Below, one piece after another: positions 23,970 to 37,089 of a DNA stretch of 64,000 bases. The stretch is taken from positions 72,056,064 through 72,120,063 of the forward strand of contig NC_068989.1 in assembly GCF_001194135.2 (NCBI RefSeq), in the 5' to 3' direction. Source of the stretch: Octopus bimaculoides. Its lineage: Eukaryota. Numbering within the stretch: the first letter of the stretch is position 1; each line of letters begins with the position of its first letter. Below the pieces are notes generated by a model that was given only the letters and a program-made list of their open reading frames with translations, was not told where the DNA came from and did not search any database. A program made the translations under genes and the position numbers.

Positions 23970-26838
23970 TATATATATATATATGTATGTATAAATATGT
24001 ATAAAGAAAGAAAAGGATAAAGAGACCAATGGCAAAGTTAGAATTATATTTTATGGATTAAGTCTTATAGCTGTTTCAGGGAAAATCTAATGTATCCCTT
24101 CATCGGAGACGGTAATAGCAGAAGAATGGATTATATATATGTATATATAAACTAAAAACTGTAAAACTCTTTTGTACTAAATGACTTTTATTTTATAAAG
24201 TATGTGAGGGTATTTGTTTTCATGTGTATATGTGTGTGTTTGCATATGCATGTATATCTTACATACGTCTAGCACTGCAGGGNNNNNNNNNNGCACTCCT
24301 TTCATCACTTCAATGATGGAGTTATACATTTTTTTTATAATCATATTCAAGAAAACGTAAAAGACCATTTGTCAGAAATGTATGCATTTGCTTGTCAATG
24401 ACAGTCATTGACAAGCTGGTATGAAGAGAAATGAAACAAAAATTGCTAAAAAGTAGCTTTTGAAAACCTTATTTCCGTTTTTTTTATTTTAAATATATTT
24501 GTTTTTTGAATCTAACTTGCTATGACTGTCATGATGAAGCAGGAAGTATGCGTTGGGATAATTTCCTGCTTCTTTCTCTTAGTTCAGAATGTATGAAATG
24601 GAAGCTTTTTTTAAAAGGGAAAGGGGAGAAAAACAAAATCATTGTATTATACACACACACACACACACACACATATGTATGGTTTGCCAATTGGCAAATG
24701 TCTTTTCTCAGGGTGTCAGCTGTGTAATGTTAACATATACTTTCCCAAGCAAATTTTATGTAAAAAAAGTTAAAACCAGGAACCGAAGTGATCATCATAA
24801 ACTTAGTTTTCTGAGAATAAACCTTCTAGTGTTTAGTCACCTAACAATATGTATATGCTCCTAAATTGAGGTACAGATATGTAGATAAAAATGATGGCAA
24901 GTGACTAGAAATGTATATGCATACAAAAAAACAGAAAAGAGGTATAGAAGTGCTGTGACCTGTGGATGGACAGTTTACAGGAAATATCTAATTATAGTAT
25001 ATCGTTAGAATACTACAGCATGAAAAAAGAAAAAAAAGTACTAAACAAAAAATAGAATGATAATAATAATAAATAAATAAATGAAAAATATCTCTCCAAA
25101 ACTCAGAAGTCAACACTGGAAGAAGTGGAGAACAATTAGCGATGATTTGTTTGAGTGAAAGAGGAGATTTGGCACATTATAGCAGTTAACTAGTTGGAAA
25201 AAGAGAGAGAATCTCTGTCAATAATTGAGCAGCTAAAAAAAGCCAGCAGGGTAATTAAGATGATGAGAGGAGTTTTAAAAACAGAAAATTATAGCAAATA
25301 ACCCAATTTATGACTAATGCTTGCTTTAAATGACAATGGATGTCCATTTGTGACAAGATTCCTATCCCAAAGTCAGATTAAATTATGGATAGCATTTCCC
25401 CTGATCTTATTTACTTACAGCATTTTAGAAGTTTTTATTGCAGGAAGTCTATGGGAATGTGACCTTGGCAAAGAAGATAGTTGGTTACCGTGACTCTCTC
25501 CAAACAGCCAAAACTGACTTTTCCTTCTTCCTTTCTTGCAAATATACTTGCACATTTGCTTTATTTCCAGTTTTTTATTTATTTATTTGTTTATTGCTAT
25601 TTAATGCCGATATAGAAAACTTTACAATTTATGTACTGAAGAGAGTAGGGAAAAATTAAAGATAGCAAATCAACTAGATTAAAGTAAAAGTTAGAATGTC
25701 TATAATGTTAGACCACAAGTGAAGATTTCCATCTTTCCAAGAACATTTAATAAGTATTAGTTTGTTGTTGCTTTGTGATTGCACTTTCTCAAAAAAAAAA
25801 AAAAGAAGAAAATGTTTCCAGGAAATCATAAGACTTATCTTAATAGAATTAATGACATTTTATGAAATGTAATAAATTATTCTTTGTGTGGTTGACCCTG
25901 GCCCTAACTGGTGTAATTCTAATATATCGCTGGTATCTACTTTTTTTAGTTTATTGTTGGGTAGAAAAAATAAAAATCAATCCTGGAAATAGCTTTTCCT
26001 TTTATAACTCAATATTAGAAATGTTATTATTGAGCCAAATAATGATAACTTTTATATGGGAAGTATTAAGTATATTATATAAACAATCTCAAGATATCAT
26101 TTGTGATATCTGAGTATATTTTGTATGGATCAGACAGAATTTATTGAGGCAAATTTTCTTTAGCTAGATGCCCTTCCTGTCACCAAATTTCATCTGCTTC
26201 CAAGTAAGGTAGCTGGAAATGGATGATAGCCGTACAGCAGTGACACACACAATTATCACATGATGTCATGATAAGAAGGCAAACATCCATGGTGGGCTTC
26301 TTTTTCGGTTTCTATCTACCAAACCGACGAGACTTTTGTTGGTCCAAGGCTATAATAGAAGACACTTGTGCAAGGTGCCATGTAATGGGATTGAACCTAA
26401 AGCTATGTAGTTGGGAAGTAAACTTTTGAATCATACATCCATGATTCAAAATCTAACCATTTAACGATAATATCTCTGAAACAAATAAAGCATCAAAACT
26501 TCTTAAATTTAACAAATACTAGAGAAATTAAACTTTTTTAATACTCTGCCAATGTTGCAACAAAATATTTTTGATATTTATATAAAATAATGGTTATAGA
26601 TAGCAGAATGTCTAATTTTAGTTGTGCCAGAGTTGATATTGCCTTTCATTCTTCTGAGATCATTAAAAATAAATACCGTAATCTACATGATGTTGGTTCA
26701 ATCAACTGAGAAATCCAATGTTGCAATCTACTCTTAAGTTTATTACTGAAGACTGCTTCCACAGAAAACCCCCAAAGTACTAGCTTTGTTAAATTTCTTG
26801 TTTGTGTGTGTGTATAAGTGTATATGTACATTATTATT

Positions 26839-26880
<42 letters not shown>

Positions 26881-26882
<2 letters not shown>

Positions 26883-27240
26883 CATCATCATCATCATCAT
26901 CGTTTAACATCTGCTTTCCATGCTAGCATGGGTTGGACGATTTGACTGAGGACTGGTGAAACCAGATGGCTACACCAGGCTCCAATCTGATTTGGCAGAG
27001 TTTCTACAGCTGGATGCCCTTCCTAACGCCAACCACTCAGAGAGTGTAGTGGGTGCTTTTACGTGTCACCCGCACGAAGGCCAGTCAGGAGTAACTGGCA
27101 ACGGCCACACTCAAAATGGTGTATTTTATGTGCCACCTGCACAAGAGCCAGTCCAGGGGCACTGGCAACGATCTCGCTCGAAAATCCTACGAAGGCCAGT
27201 CAGGCGGTACTGGCAACGGCCACGCTCAAAATGGTGTATA
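26881..27240 (-). mobile_element. (CAT)n-tailed SINE with an internally duplicated segment
   Basis: cgtttaac...ccatgctagcatgggttggacg...; gaaggccagtcagg..actggcaacggccac.ctcaaaatggtgta occurs twice (about 27075 and 27191). Confidence 0.8.
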
Positions 27241-27921
27241 TTTCATAACAATAAAAATGTAGTGTTATAAAGATTATAAGAGAAGCTATAACATTTTTCA
27301 TAGCCCAGAGATATTGCTTAAATTCACACACACACACACATTTGTGAAAAGGAAGTTGAAGAAAGGTCTTAAATAATTCTGTTTTCAATTAAGTGTGAAA
27401 TAACAGAAGCGCTTCTAAAGACTTCATAAAAGAAAAAAACTTCATTCATATAAGAAAATGCTGTATCAAATAATTAAATGTGGACTCTGTTCTTTCACCG
27501 TCTAGACACTGTTTTTTGTCAGTGACAAAATTAATGTCACTAGACACATTTATATTTTTCTTTTTCTCCGGTAACTTTTTGGCAATTAAAAAACTCATTT
27601 GTATTATTTTATTGTACAAAGTTGTACACGATTTATCAACTTGGTTGTTGATGTTGTTTAACTCTAGATCGGCTCAGATCCAGTAGAACAATGATCAAAG
27701 GCATCCCAGCTATGACCTTCCCATCTTTTTGTATATTTAGAACAATACAATACAAAGCATTTTGTTTAATACTCAACTGATTCTGTCTATCCATCCATCT
27801 GCCCCCTTCACCATAATCATCCTTTTCTGTGATAAGTACAAAACCTGAAATTTTGGCGGAGGAGGCTAGTTGATTACATCCACCACAGTGCTCATAGAGG
27901 TGCATGGTTTAGTGGTTAGGG

Positions 27922-28256
27922 CAGTGTTTCTCAACCTTTTTACCCTTGCGTAACCCTTAAAATAAATTACATGTCTCAAGGAACCCCTGCACAAAAAAAA
28001 ATTAATATACTATATCTTTCTCATATTTTTTTCATTGTAGTTCATGTGGTAAATATATATATATATATATATTTTTTTTTATAACATAATAGGTTCGATA
28101 GGATGATGTCTATATTACAATAACCAATATGCTGTGCATGTACAGTAATATTAGGATCATGAAATTAGCATTAGCTTATCTCACTCTTTCTCGTGGAACC
28201 CCTAGGAAGTTTTGCAGAACCCAAGGATTCTGGGGAACTCTGGTTGAGAAATGTTG
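27922..28256. mobile_element. hAT-like MITE with 8-bp TSD, inserted in a SINE head
   Basis: TIR CAGTGTTTCTCAACC / GGTTGAGAAATGTTG; TSD GGTTAGGG at 27914-27921 and 28257-28264. Confidence 0.85.
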
Positions 28257-28369
28257 GGTTAGGGTATTGAACGCATGATCATAGAATTGTGGTTTCGATT
28301 CCTGGTCTAGGTGATGTGTTGTGTTCTTGAGCAAAACACTTAATTTCACACAGCTCCAGTCCACTGAAC

Positions 28370-28870
28370 TCAGAACACAAAAACAAATGAAATGCTGCTA
28401 AGCATTTTGTCCAGTCTGCTAAGGATTCTTTCTACAGTAGGCACAAAACCTGATATTTTGTAGAAAGGGATCAGCTGATTACACTGACTTCAGTGTTCAA
28501 CTGGTACTTGTTTTATTGACCAGAAAAGGATGAAAGGCAAAGTCAACCTTGGCAGAACTTGAACTCAGGATGTAAAGAGCCTGAAGAAATTCTACTTAGC
28601 ATTTTGTCCAATATACTAACAGTTCTGCTGACTCACTGCTTTGTAATTCTTTCTACTATAAGCCCAAGGCCTGAAATTTTGAGGGGAAAGGGTTTGTTGA
28701 CGACAGTGACTCAAGTGATCAACTGGTATTTGCATTATCAACCCAAAGAGAATGAAAGACAAAGTTGATCTCAGCAACATATGAACTCAGAATGTAAAGC
28801 CAGAACAAATACCACTAAGCATTTTGTCTGGTGGGGTAACAATTCTGCCAGCTCACTGCCTTAATAATAA
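28370..28870 (-). mobile_element. Third array of AAT-family SINEs (about 3 copies)
   Basis: Repeated ggatgaaaggcaaagt...gaactcag...ctaagcattttgtc core. Confidence 0.75.
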
Positions 28871-29324
28871 TAATAAAGTAACCTAGACTTAACCCTAGGA
28901 CTCATTATCTCAGGGCTTAACCTGGTTTCTATGGTGTATCAGAGATTGAGATTACAACACAATGCCAGTCTGTTACAGGGCTAACTCCCCATGCCAGCTA
29001 TTGCTGGATCTTATTTACAGGTGAGTAAACTGGAGCAGCATGAAATGAAGTTTGTTATACTCAAAAACACAATGCACTTCCTAGTCTGGAAATTGAAACT
29101 GTGGGCTAAAGATTGTGAGTGCAACACTCCCACCACTAGACTATGTACCTTCATTAAAAAACAAGAGAAATAAACAGCAGCTCATTAGTGTAAGGTTTAC
29201 CTTTTGTTTATATTCTTATATTGTTCTAGAACTGGTTTTAACCAAGTGATTGTAGCTATCCAGGTTGAGGTGCTAAATGTTGCTAATTTTATTCAGAGAT
29301 TTATAGCAAATATGATTTTTATTA

Positions 29325-29362
<38 letters not shown>

Positions 29363-29904
29363 GTTGTCTACACGAGAAACTGACTCAGTCATCATACAGA
29401 AAGAAAAAACAGTATAAACCTTCTGTGAAAAATCAATGAAAAGGGTTCATTTAGTCCAAACCCATATTCCCACTAATTATTAACAGGTTTTATGTAGAGA
29501 GAATAACGACAATGATGGCATAACAAATAATGATTGCTCACTCTCTCTCTCTTTACACGTAAACACACAGACAGAGAGACACGTGTATTTGAAAACCTAA
29601 GTAATTCAGTCATTATGCTGTGTTTCCTATTTCCATTTTTTTCCCCTCAGAGTCAGTTTTGAAAATAAATCTTACAACATATATCAAGTACGCTTTAACT
29701 TACATTCAGGCATCAGGTTCAATTCCACTGTGTGGTACCCTGATTAAGTACTTTTACAATAAGCTTTCGGTTGACTGAAGCCATTTTAGGTGAATGTGGA
29801 TGGACAGAAAATGTGCAGAAATCAGTCAGATGGATTATACCAGTAATTCAAATGTCCAGGCTTGTCATACTGAGTCACACACTAGTTCTACTTGATAATA
29901 AAAT

Positions 29905-29976
29905 TGAAAATGTGTGTGTGTGTATATATATATATGTATGTATCTATATATATGTGTATATATATATCTATATATA

Positions 29977-30029
<53 letters not shown>

Positions 30030-30420
30030 ATTTATATTTGTATATATATATTTATATATATATGTATGTATATATTTATATGTATATATCTATGTGTATG
30101 TATATATATATATAGTTATATATATGTGTTTTTATATTTATATATATGTGTATGTATATATAATTATATATATGTGTATGTATATATATATTTATATATA
30201 TATGTATATTTATATATATCGAAACCAGGTTAAGCCCTGAGATAATGAGTCCTAGGGTTAAGGGCAGACCTAAGTCTATGTTACTTTATTATTATTAAGG
30301 CAGTGAGCTGGCAGAATTGTTACCACAATGTATATATATATATTTATATGTATATATATATATATAACTATACAAAAATATATAAATATATATATGAATA
30401 TATAGAAATAAATATATATA
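29905..30420. repeat. Complex (TA)n/(TG)n low-complexity tract, interrupted at 30221-30324
   Basis: Directly visible dinucleotide repeats; source of the spurious IYIY ORFs. Confidence 0.95.
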
Positions 30421-30900
30421 TTGTGACAGACCGGCATCCTGTTCATGTAGGTAATCTGTACGCCAACGAAACCGGATCTTATGAGCCAGGCATGGCTTGA
30501 GAAGGAACAAACAACAACAACACAAATATATATATTATCTGAAGTGTACTGTATTATACAGTATTATATATCTATCATGGCTGATCTTACCAATCGGTTT
30601 TGTGATAAAGGTAAGATCAGGTGTGATGGATATATAATACTGTACACCTCGAATAATATACCCACGCTATCGCCCTTTTTCCTGACTTATGGACTTTTAG
30701 ACAACTTATGTATATCTAATTCGTCGAAACGCCAGTGTTATAATGGTGGCAGGTGATGAAGGAAATGTTCTCTATGTGACCTGCGTGTTTTCTGTACCTT
30801 GTTTATCATTTTGTCCATGTTTTTTTGCAACGTCATGTATCCAGATATGCATCTATATATACATGTAGATAAAGGTATGTACATATATATGCATATACTC

Positions 30901-30943
<43 letters not shown>

Positions 30944-32198
30944 TTTGGTTTATTCATAACCTTATAAAATGGTCCCAATTAACCATGTAAAAATATGTAC
31001 AAACCTGTTTACAAAATAGTGTTGGTTTCAACATTAGGTTTTTTTTTTTAATCTGTAGGCTAACAAGATTACCAGATTGAAATCTTCCATATCTATATCC
31101 AAATAAATGTATGTATGTCTGTGAGCATTTGTGTTTTTTTATTTACAATACCTTCACGGATGGGATAGTTCATTTGATGGATCAATTGCTTTTACACCTG
31201 GATGCCTTTCCGATGAGTAACCACTCAGCTATAAAGTAAAACGTCTCTCTCTCTCTCACTTGTTGTTTTTGTTCAGTGAATAAAACTAATAATTCTGTTC
31301 TAGCAGTCACATAATACAATCAGGTCATACTGTGTTTTCAAATCTAATAATATATCCTCAGAAACAAAAATTAAACTAAGACTAAGTTGTACTACATATA
31401 GAAATAGACTAAAGTTTCTATGAGTATACTTACGCCAGAATAATAGGTGCAGTATGGAAGCACACTCTGTGAGAACAACTACTGACACACACACATCTTT
31501 ATCTTTTGTCTTTTACTTGTTTCTAATAGTTTCAGCCATTAGACTGCAGCTGTGCTGGGGCACTGCCTTGACAGGTTTAGTGAAATAAATCGACCCCAGT
31601 ACTTCTCTTTTAAAGTCTGGTACTTATTTCATTAGTCGCTTTTTGCCAAACTGCTAAGTTATGGGGTCATAAACAAACCAACACCGAGTGTTATGCAGTG
31701 TTGGCAGACAAACACACACACATACCAAATGGGCTTCTTTCACTTTCCATCAACCAAATCTTCTCAGAAGTTTTTGGTCCATTCAAGGCTCTAGTAGAAG
31801 ACATTTGCCCAAGGTGCCATGCACTGGGCCTGAACTGAGAACCTTGTGGTTGGGAAGCAACTTCCTTACTAACCACACAGCCACATCAGCCCCTTATGTA
31901 TCATGATCATAATGAAATGTATACACACATGAACATACATACAGATATGTGTTTGTGTTTGTGTATGCGTGTGTGTCTATATGTGCTATGAGTGTTGGTA
32001 GGAGGATGTACAACTAAATATGAGTATGCGATGTAATCAGTCAGAAACATCTTTTCTATACTATATTTCATCCTCAAGTTTTGCTTATTTATGGTAAAAG
32101 TTGATTAGCTACAAAGCTGCTCATAAAAAAAGAAAAAAAAAAAGAAAAAACATAGAAGACTTTAAGAAGATAACAAAGAAAGATACAAGTTTGCTTAC

Positions 32199-32257
32199 CA
32201 ATTACAGCATGTACACGCACATTAAGTTGTGTTCTTAGAATCATAGCATTTTGCCGA
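32199..32257 (-). CDS. FHOD3: FHOD exon, 59 nt, phase 2 to 1: (N)RQNAMILRTQLNVRVHAVI
   Basis: Acceptor ttttcttatttccag, donor gtaagc; LRTQLxVRV motif. Confidence 0.95.
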
Positions 32258-32383
32258 CTGGAAATAAGAAAATTTACATTAATATCTTCCAAAGCAAAGG
32301 TTAATAAAATTCAACAAAACAATAAAAGCTTTTATAGTTTGAAGATTTTATGTGTTTATATCTATCTTTCTATCTACCTGTAT

Positions 32384-32430
<47 letters not shown>

Positions 32431-32523
32431 TGTTGTTGACAGTGACTTCGAAGTTTCATCCAGTTAAGCTATTGTCCAGCAATGGCTTAACTGGCTGAAA
32501 CTTTGAAATCACTGTCAACAATA
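32431..32523. repeat. Inverted repeat / hairpin, 41-bp core stem with 4 non-Watson-Crick positions and a 5-nt loop
   Basis: tgttgacagtgacttcgaagtttcatccagttaagctattg-tccag-caatggcttaactggctgaaactttgaaatcactgtcaaca. Confidence 0.9.
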
Positions 32524-32654
32524 GTCTTGTATAAAAATAATAAATTTGTACTCTACAAAAGCATAGAGTATCCCATCAGATTAATGTAAAATTGTTTTCA
32601 TTATAACTGAACATAAAAACAAACAATCTATCTGGCTGTCTGTCTGTCTGTGTC

Positions 32655-32700
<46 letters not shown>

Positions 32701-35145
32701 TATATATTTATGATATATATACACATAGTTATATAACGATGTGTATATATATTATATACCTGCATTATTATATATATAATATATACATATATAATAATAT
32801 ATATACAAATTATACACACATCTATCTATCTTAATTTATGTGAGATGAATAAGGTCTATATAACTAAAACTATGCTTTTGTTTAGATGGTTGACTGCAAA
32901 CACCTATGGGTTTGAAAGATTGCTTTCAAACCCAGTGTTGTTATGCTTGACTGATCTGCTGAACAAAACAACAGTTTGAGTTATGTAATCCATTCTTTCT
33001 TATGTCACATAAATTTGCATACATGACTTCACAGAATAACAATGTAAGTTTGTAATCCATATTATTGTAACATTGCATAAGCAAAAATGACAGACTGGCA
33101 GACAGATATAGATATAAACACACACATATCCTCATTATTCAGTTTTTGTGTTATTCAGTTGTTATGACAAAAAAAAAAATATACATATATAATTATTTAT
33201 TTAATTGACTTGTGAAATCTTAATCCTGTTAAAAAATAATTTCATTATTAGATTAAAATTCCAATTATAAGTTCAACAATTAAAAAAAATTAATTAAAAA
33301 GTTTCTCATATTGTACAGCTAAACAAATAAGGCCAGAATTTTGTATGTGTATATATATATCATCATCATTGTCATACTATGTAACACAAATTAAAAATTT
33401 TTGGTCTATAAATGTTGCTAATTATATCATAATTCATGAGAAAGTTTATTTGTATACAAACAATTGATTTTTGACACCATACATACAACCAATCATATTT
33501 CTTCAAATATCGCATAGTCTGGATGAAGCTTTCATATTTTTGATGTCTCTTCAGAATTATGCTACACATCCTGGCCTGAAGTATGTTTTCCAGGCTATAA
33601 GTCATCCTCATCATCAGTAGTAACAACAGCATTATCCTCATTCTTAAATTCACTTTTTCATGCTTGTAGGTTCTCTTTTTATCCATGTTAGTATGACTTG
33701 CATGAGTGTGTAATATAACATCTTTCAATATATTGTGATCTTTTCTTCTGCAATTTCTATGATTTTTAGACATCTAACTGAAATATTTCTTGGTCTATTT
33801 CTCTACTATGTGTTTCTTTCAACCTCCAGCTTGCAGTAATCTTTCACCAGATATGTATCATTCTAAAATGATCATCTCTCTCTTTATAGAGAACACCAAA
33901 ATGTTCTTTATATATATATATATATATATATATATCATCTCATTTATGGAAGATAACTCTCTTCAATCACACTCACACATTATCCTTCATTCCAAAGGAA
34001 AAAGATAAGCAACCATGACATTGGTATCGTCAAAACTTCAAAGCAATAGAAAAGCAGAAAGTAAAAGACAATATTTACTTGTACTTGATTCAGAACAAAA
34101 TTTAACATGTTTGGGTGAACAATTTTTTTTTTATCCATTCATAAAATGTATTTAGTCCTTCTGGGACCATATTTTTAATACACAATCTAAAATAATCAAA
34201 TATGGTTTGAAAAATCTAAAAATAATTAAAAAATTGAAAAAATTGAGAAAAAATATAACTAACTTATGCTATTAAGTGGGTTTTCAGAACATAAGTATTT
34301 AGTTTTCTATTATTTTTTTTTTTACTGGGAAAGAATACAGAATAAAACATTGTGACAAGTTTACATAAATCTATATGGTGTAACATTACATGGAGTGGAA
34401 TCTACAATTTCCTGTAATTCAGACTGCATCATGGCCCTAGCAGGCAAAATGGAAAAGATGTTGCTCAGAGGTTGATGAGGAAGATGTGCTGGAACAGCTG
34501 CTCTGACTTATGGGGCTTGCACTTGAAGATAGCCATCTCCATCCTAATAACAGTGAGCAGGGATATGATCTGGGGGCTGAGAGCACTGAAGATCTCCACT
34601 TCGACCATAAACCTCTCAGAGAGAGGCTGATTCCTTGACAGTTTGCTTTTCTCAGCCAGATGAACAGCAGAGCCTGGGCTGGTAGCTGAACACACCAAGT
34701 TGCCATTGGAGAAGGTGTCACAGCATGTAGCATCTCAGATGAGGGGGCCACTCTTACATAAAATTATGACAGGAATGTATGATTTAAATGTAAATTCTTT
34801 AAAATAAAAGATTTTGCATTGTAGAAACAGAGGTGAACTCAGGAGAGTTGGTTTTGAAAGATTTAAACTAGAGAAACATGGCTATGGAAAAAAAAAAATT
34901 CAACAACTTTGGTTTAAAATCTTTTCATTTTTTGTTTTACTTGTTTACAAAAATTTGAATGTAACACATGTAATTAAAGATGAAAAAAACAAAAATCTTT
35001 CTTGAACAATATCCAAGTTCTTCTCAAAAACTTAGTTGGAAAATAACAAGACAATAAATACAGTTTCTGTGAAAGTTGTATTGTATAATTTTGTCCAGAT
35101 AACAACTATTTGTGAAAAGATGTTTGTGCCAGAGATCATAATAAA

Positions 35146-35948
35146 NNNNNNNNNNNNNNNNNNNNNNNNNNNNNNNNNNNNNNNNNNNNNNNNNNNNNNN
35201 NNNNNNNNNNNNNNNNNNNNNNNNNNNNNNNNNNNNNNNNNNNNNNNNNNNNNNNNNNNNNNNNNNNNNNNNNNNNNNNNNNNNNNNNNNNNNNNNNNNN
35301 NNNNNNNNNNNNNNNNNNNNNNNNNNNNNNNNNNNNNNNNNNNNNNNNNNNNNNNNNNNNNNNNNNNNNNNNNNNNNNNNNNNNNNNNNNNNNNNNNNNN
35401 NNNNNNNNNNNNNNNNNNNNNNNNNNNNNNNNNNNNNNNNNNNNNNNNNNNNNNNNNNNNNNNNNNNNNNNNNNNNNNNNNNNNNNNNNNNNNNNNNNNN
35501 NNNNNNNNNNNNNNNNNNNNNNNNNNNNNNNNNNNNNNNNNNNNNNNNNNNNNNNNNNNNNNNNNNNNNNNNNNNNNNNNNNNNNNNNNNNNNNNNNNNN
35601 NNNNNNNNNNNNNNNNNNNNNNNNNNNNNNNNNNNNNNNNNNNNNNNNNNNNNNNNNNNNNNNNNNNNNNNNNNNNNNNNNNNNNNNNNNNNNNNNNNNN
35701 NNNNNNNNNNNNNNNNNNNNNNNNNNNNNNNNNNNNNNNNNNNNNNNNNNNNNNNNNNNNNNNNNNNNNNNNNNNNNNNNNNNNNNNNNNNNNNNNNNNN
35801 NNNNNNNNNNNNNNNNNNNNNNNNNNNNNNNNNNNNNNNNNNNNNNNNNNNNNNNNNNNNNNNNNNNNNNNNNNNNNNNNNNNNNNNNNNNNNNNNNNNN
35901 NNNNNNNNNNNNNNNNNNNNNNNNNNNNNNNNNNNNNNNNNNNNNNNN
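35146..35948. other. Assembly gap (largest); others at 4954-5003, 12748-12943, 17271-17516, 24283-24292, 51553-52161 and 55141-55150
   Basis: Runs of N, mostly abutting microsatellites. Confidence 1.
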
Positions 35949-36010
35949 ACAAACTATAAATTTATTTAATCCAATACAATAAAAAATCTTGAATTATTAT
36001 TTTTAGGTAA

Positions 36011-36386
36011 TATTGGGTTGTCCAGAAAGTTTGTGCCGATTTATAGTAGTTTACCTTTCGACTTATTTTAGAACATGGTTGAGTCTATAAAACAGGATTT
36101 GACTACACCTCCACTTAGAGCACAGTTTAAGCTATCTTTTCGTAGAAGAAGGTTTATGTTCCTATAACCTGTGTTAATTCTGCAACCCTTTAAAATGGAA
36201 GATGAGAAAGTTCATTTTTGGCACTTGATGCTTTTCTTTTTCCGTAAAGGGAAAAATGCCTCACAAGCAACCAAAGAAACATGCGCAGTTTACGGTGATG
36301 TTTCTTTATCTGAAAGAACTGTACGGAAGTGGTTCGTAAGGTTCCGAGCAGGAGATTGTAGCCTTATTGATAAAGAGCGATCAGGT
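36011..36386 (+). mobile_element. 3'-truncated mariner (Tc1/mariner) transposon: 5' TIR plus N-terminal HTH of the transposase (ATG at 36195)
   Basis: TA followed by TTGGGTTGTCC TIR start; MEDEKVHFWHLMLFFFRKGKNASQATKETCAVYGDVSLSERTVRKWFVRFRAGDCSLIDKERSG is a typical mariner N-terminus; no DD34D domain or right TIR seen. Confidence 0.9.
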
Positions 36387-37034
36387 GCTAAACAACATTT
36401 TTCAATTTACAGTTTTAAGTAGACTGGACATTGAGAGCAAAGCATTTTCCCAGACAAACAGTGTAGTGTCACTGGTGAGGTATGAACCAACAAGCATTTG
36501 ACTGAGAGGCTAACAGCCTATCAACTTGCTCAGCTGAAACTCTTGACATTTATGTAACTTACATAATTGCATACACTGTAAAAATATAAAAATAATACAA
36601 CTGTTGGGTAAATAAACTGCAGTTTAAAAATTTCAGCAAATTTTAGTCACTTTTGGCTCAAGTTTGACTAAAATAAAAATAACATTACTTTTGATGTTAT
36701 TTGTACCCTTTTTCATCTGAAGTAATTTTCATAGAAAATTACCAGAATACTTATTGTGCCTATTGCTATGTGAAAGGTTAAGCTTATCTGGGCTTTTTGT
36801 AATTTTAAATAAAAGTATTTAAATCTCAGTTTAAAAGCAAGCAAACTATTATGTGAAACTATAACTACATGTTTAACAGAATGTCAGTTTGTTGGAAATA
36901 TAACACTTAAAATTAATATCTATTTGTATTTACAGCTTCCACAGCTGGGAAAATTTAATAAAATTTGTGATTAATCCTTTAAACATCAACAAATTTTATG
37001 GTGTTTTGAGAATTTATAATGTTCATAATTTCAA

Positions 37035-37089
<55 letters not shown>

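Noticed and set aside
29771-30240. Three overlapping ORFs of about 110 aa
   Set aside because: Translations of the (TA)n/(TG)n tract
35032-35959. Long ORFs in the track (also 12645-12967, 17212-17948, 51477-52217, 4810-5169)
   Set aside because: They consist of X from N-gaps plus microsatellite translation ([12 protein letters not shown])
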